Assembly: GCA_040904945.1 (NCBI GenBank)
Contig: JBBDSM010000134.1
Span: forward strand, 668 to 64,667
DNA from: Gemmatimonadota bacterium
Lineage (GTDB): Bacteria > Gemmatimonadota > Gemmatimonadetes > Longimicrobiales > Gaopeijiaceae
DNA: 64,000 nucleotides
Reading direction: 5' to 3'
Shown here in pieces: positions 62,347 through 64,000 of this stretch. Position numbers and translations under genes: made by a program. Below the pieces are notes generated by a model. It was not told the origin of the DNA. It ran no database searches and saw nothing but the letters and a program-made list of their open reading frames with translations. Position 1 is the first letter of the stretch, and each line of letters begins with the position of its first letter.

Positions 62347-62720
62347 CTGGCGTATTCGGTAGCCTGCTCATCCCGGTTCAGGAACACCGGCTCGAGCAGG
62401 AGGAATATGAAGAAAAGCCCGACGGTCGACATGATGGTCACCGTGGGATCTACGGTATCGAAAAAGCGGATCGAAAACCCGACGACCGCGAGCACCGCCA
62501 TCCGTCCGAGCATCCCGAGTCCCCAAAAAGTCATGAAGCGGTTCGAGCCACCCCGGGCACCCACCAACAGCGCGAAGAGTCCGATCTGGAGCGGAAGCGT
62601 GACACCAGCGGCCAACAACAGCCCGGCCTTCCCGGACGGGTCCAGGAAAGGAAGCGCAACCAGGACCAGAAGGGCCGCGATCAGGCTCGAGACGACGGTG
62701 TAGCGCGGTAGCGCTTTCAT
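62343..62720 (-). CDS. atpI: ATP synthase protein I-like membrane protein
   Basis: The start is ATG 62720 (MKALPRYTVVSSLIAALLVLV...). It has four hydrophobic helices. It lies immediately upstream of atpB with a 4-nt overlap. Confidence 0.7.
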   Translation of the reverse strand: MKALPRYTVVSSLIAALLVLVALPFLDPSGKAGLLLAAGVTLPLQIGLFALLVGARGGSNRFMTFWGLGMLGRMAVLAVVGFSIRFFDTVDPTVTIMSTVGLFFIFLLLEPVFLNRDEQATEYAR

Positions 62721-62980
62721 CCGGACTTCTTCTTCTCTCGGTCTTTGGGGCGCGTCGTCAGGTGCATGTACAGACTGTAGAAGCCTGCCGCCGCGCCGAT
62801 GAAACCACCCAGGAGCGTCAGGTATTCCTGGCCCCCGACCTTTGAACCGACCCATCGCCCGAGGAAGCCGAACAGAAATGCCGAGGCGACAACGTTGAGC
62901 GCGAGCCCGAGCGCCTCTCCGGGCAAGCGACCGAGCGCTGGATCCGGCTCACTCTTCTTGGATCCGCCGTCTGACGACAT
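62717..62980 (-). CDS. AtpZ/ATPase_gene1-like small membrane protein
   Basis: 87 aa with two TM helices (LALNVVASAFLFGFLGRWVG, LTLLGGFIGAAAGFYSLY). It is the first gene of the atp operon, and its stop overlaps the atpI-like start. Confidence 0.7.
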   Translation of the reverse strand: MSSDGGSKKSEPDPALGRLPGEALGLALNVVASAFLFGFLGRWVGSKVGGQEYLTLLGGFIGAAAGFYSLYMHLTTRPKDREKKKSG

Positions 62981-63028
62981 CTTTTGTGGCTCCTCAGGTC
63001 CCGAGCCCGCGAAGGATACAAGCTTGTG

Positions 63029-63082
63029 AAAAAAAGCGCAAGCGGCCCCGGACGGCCCCGATCGACGCCGGGCGGCCGCTTG
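63029..63082 (-). terminator. Intrinsic-terminator-like hairpin plus T7 tract inside the region upstream of the atp operon
   Basis: On the minus strand: CAAGCGGCC-GC-CCGG-(16 nt)-CCGG-GGCCGCTTG-CGC-TTTTTTT. The stems are 9 bp and 4 bp. The T7 tract corresponds to A7 at 63029-63035 on the plus strand. It ends 48 nt before the atpZ-like ATG. Confidence 0.5.
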
Positions 63083-63219
63083 ACGGAGACCCCTGCAGCG
63101 CCGTCTATTCGGTCAGAGTCCGCGACCCGCCTCGCCATGTGTTCGAGGCCGGCACGCGCGCTCTCGCACGCTGGAAGGACGGGCCCCGCAGCTGGCTTCG
63201 GACCCGCTTCCACACCATG

Positions 63220-63248
63220 AGTGTACGGCGAGCGGACGCGTATCCCAA
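63220..63248 (-). promoter_or_regulatory. Candidate sigma70-type promoter reading toward the atp operon
   Basis: On the minus strand: TTGGGA (63248-63243), a 17-nt spacer, then TACACT (63225-63220). This is the same -10 hexamer as in the fur-family promoter candidate. Confidence 0.3.
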
Positions 63249-63279
63249 TTCTGTATCTGTCTCGCCATAACCTTCCCGG

Positions 63280-64000
63280 ATGAATACACCCACCGACACG
63301 ATCGCCGCGCATGACGAAGACATCGAGCTCCTCGAACGTGTAGCCGAGGTGTCCGACCTCATGCGGCACGAGGTCGGCAAGAAGATCGTCGGTCAGCACG
63401 AGGTCGTCGACGAGCTCCTGACCGCGCTGCTCGCCAACGGCCACGCACTGCTCGTCGGTGTCCCGGGTCTGGCCAAGACGCTCCTCGTCCAGTCTCTGGC
63501 CCAGGCGCTCGACCTGGACTTCAGCCGCATTCAATTCACCCCGGATCTCATGCCGACCGACATCACCGGCACCGAGGTCATCGAGGAGGACCGGACCACC
63601 GGCCGCCGGGTGTTCCGCTTCGTCAAGGGACCGATCTTCGCCAACATCGTGCTCGCCGACGAGATCAACCGGACGCCTCCGAAGACCCAGGCCGCGCTTC
63701 TGGAGGCGATGCAGGAGCGTTCGGTGACGGCCGCGGGCCAGCGCTACGAGCTTGCACCGCCGTTCTTCGTCCTGGCCACGCAGAATCCCATCGAGCAGGA
63801 GGGAACCTATCCACTGCCGGAGGCGCAGCTCGACCGTTTCATGCTCGAGCTGCCCATCTACTACCCGTCGAAGGACGAGGAAGAAGAGGTCGCGATGCGG
63901 ACCACCGGCGCGAGTGAGACGTCGATCTCCCCGGTCGTCGCGGCCGACGAGCTTATCGCGCTGCAGGGGCTGGTCCGACGTGTTCCGGCACCCCCTTCCC
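63280..64000 (+). CDS. moxR: MoxR-family AAA+ ATPase, 3' end outside window
   Basis: Own translation from ATG 63280. GVPGLAKT (Walker A), VLADEINRTPPKTQAALLEAMQE (Walker B region) and ATQNPIEQEGTYPLPEAQLDRF. There is no stop before the window end, so it is absent from the ORF track. Confidence 0.93.
   Translation, partial: MNTPTDTIAAHDEDIELLERVAEVSDLMRHEVGKKIVGQHEVVDELLTALLANGHALLVGVPGLAKTLLVQSLAQALDLDFSRIQFTPDLMPTDITGTEVIEEDRTTGRRVFRFVKGPIFANIVLADEINRTPPKTQAALLEAMQERSVTAAGQRYELAPPFFVLATQNPIEQEGTYPLPEAQLDRFMLELPIYYPSKDEEEEVAMRTTGASETSISPVVAADELIALQGLVRRVPAPPS

Noticed and set aside
63140-63215. GGAAGG / CCTTCC-containing hairpin upstream of the atp operon, considered as an SRP (4.5S) RNA domain IV.
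   Set aside because: It lacks the conserved GGAA-tetraloop context, the AGCA symmetric-loop signature and the complementary 5' and 3' ends of 4.5S RNA.

Overview
This is a very GC-rich, densely coding bacterial chromosomal segment. Shadow ORFs are present in nearly every frame. About 58 protein genes can be supported. I found no rRNA, tRNA, CRISPR array, transposase or integrase, or prophage signature.

The content is mostly core housekeeping of a diderm organism. A Gemmatimonadota-like or similar high-GC Gram-negative lineage is my guess only.

- Plus strand, left part: a DUF58-BatA pair chained to mfd, two parvulin/SurA-type chaperones and pdxA (the surA-pdxA synteny known from E. coli), then ftsE-ftsX-envC-like, holB and moaC.
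- Mixed strands, 15.5-37.9 kb: an MltD-like lytic transglycosylase, guaB and acs. A P1B-4 metal ATPase, a Fur-family regulator and a PBP4-LysM protein follow, and moeA lies at 36.1-37.4 kb.
- Long minus-strand run: etfBA, nhaC, mpg, a NYN/LOTUS protein, an acyl-CoA ligase, aroB and an HExxH lipoprotein.
- Right part: PBP1A, deoA, ruvX-mltG-thiE, a PHP phosphoesterase, a complete F1Fo ATP synthase operon (atpZ-I-B-E-F-H-A-G-D-C) and a 5'-partial moxR at the right edge.
- Many adjacent genes overlap by 4 nt (ATGA or GTGA), which indicates translational coupling.

The least ordinary parts are listed below.

1. A perfect 23-bp AT-rich, Fur-type palindrome sits on the promoter of the P1B-4 ATPase.
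2. An accessory-looking locus at 27-31 kb holds an AraC regulator with a receiver-like N-terminus, an 83-aa protein, a 43-aa mini-lipoprotein with tandem HTPDPGL repeats missing from the ORF track, a GAF-like/TPR protein and an EamA transporter.
3. An envelope cluster at 31-36 kb holds a triple SH3b-like protein, an Ig/IPT-HExxH lipoprotein and a zinc-ribbon/TM/wHTH protein.
4. The NYN-2xLOTUS-HhH protein at 41.9-43.7 kb.
5. A C25/G25 homopolymer fused to the atp operon terminator.
6. A roughly 185-nt promoter-to-terminator leader or small RNA lies upstream of the atp operon.

Nothing here can be called a new system from sequence alone. All functional links are hypotheses.
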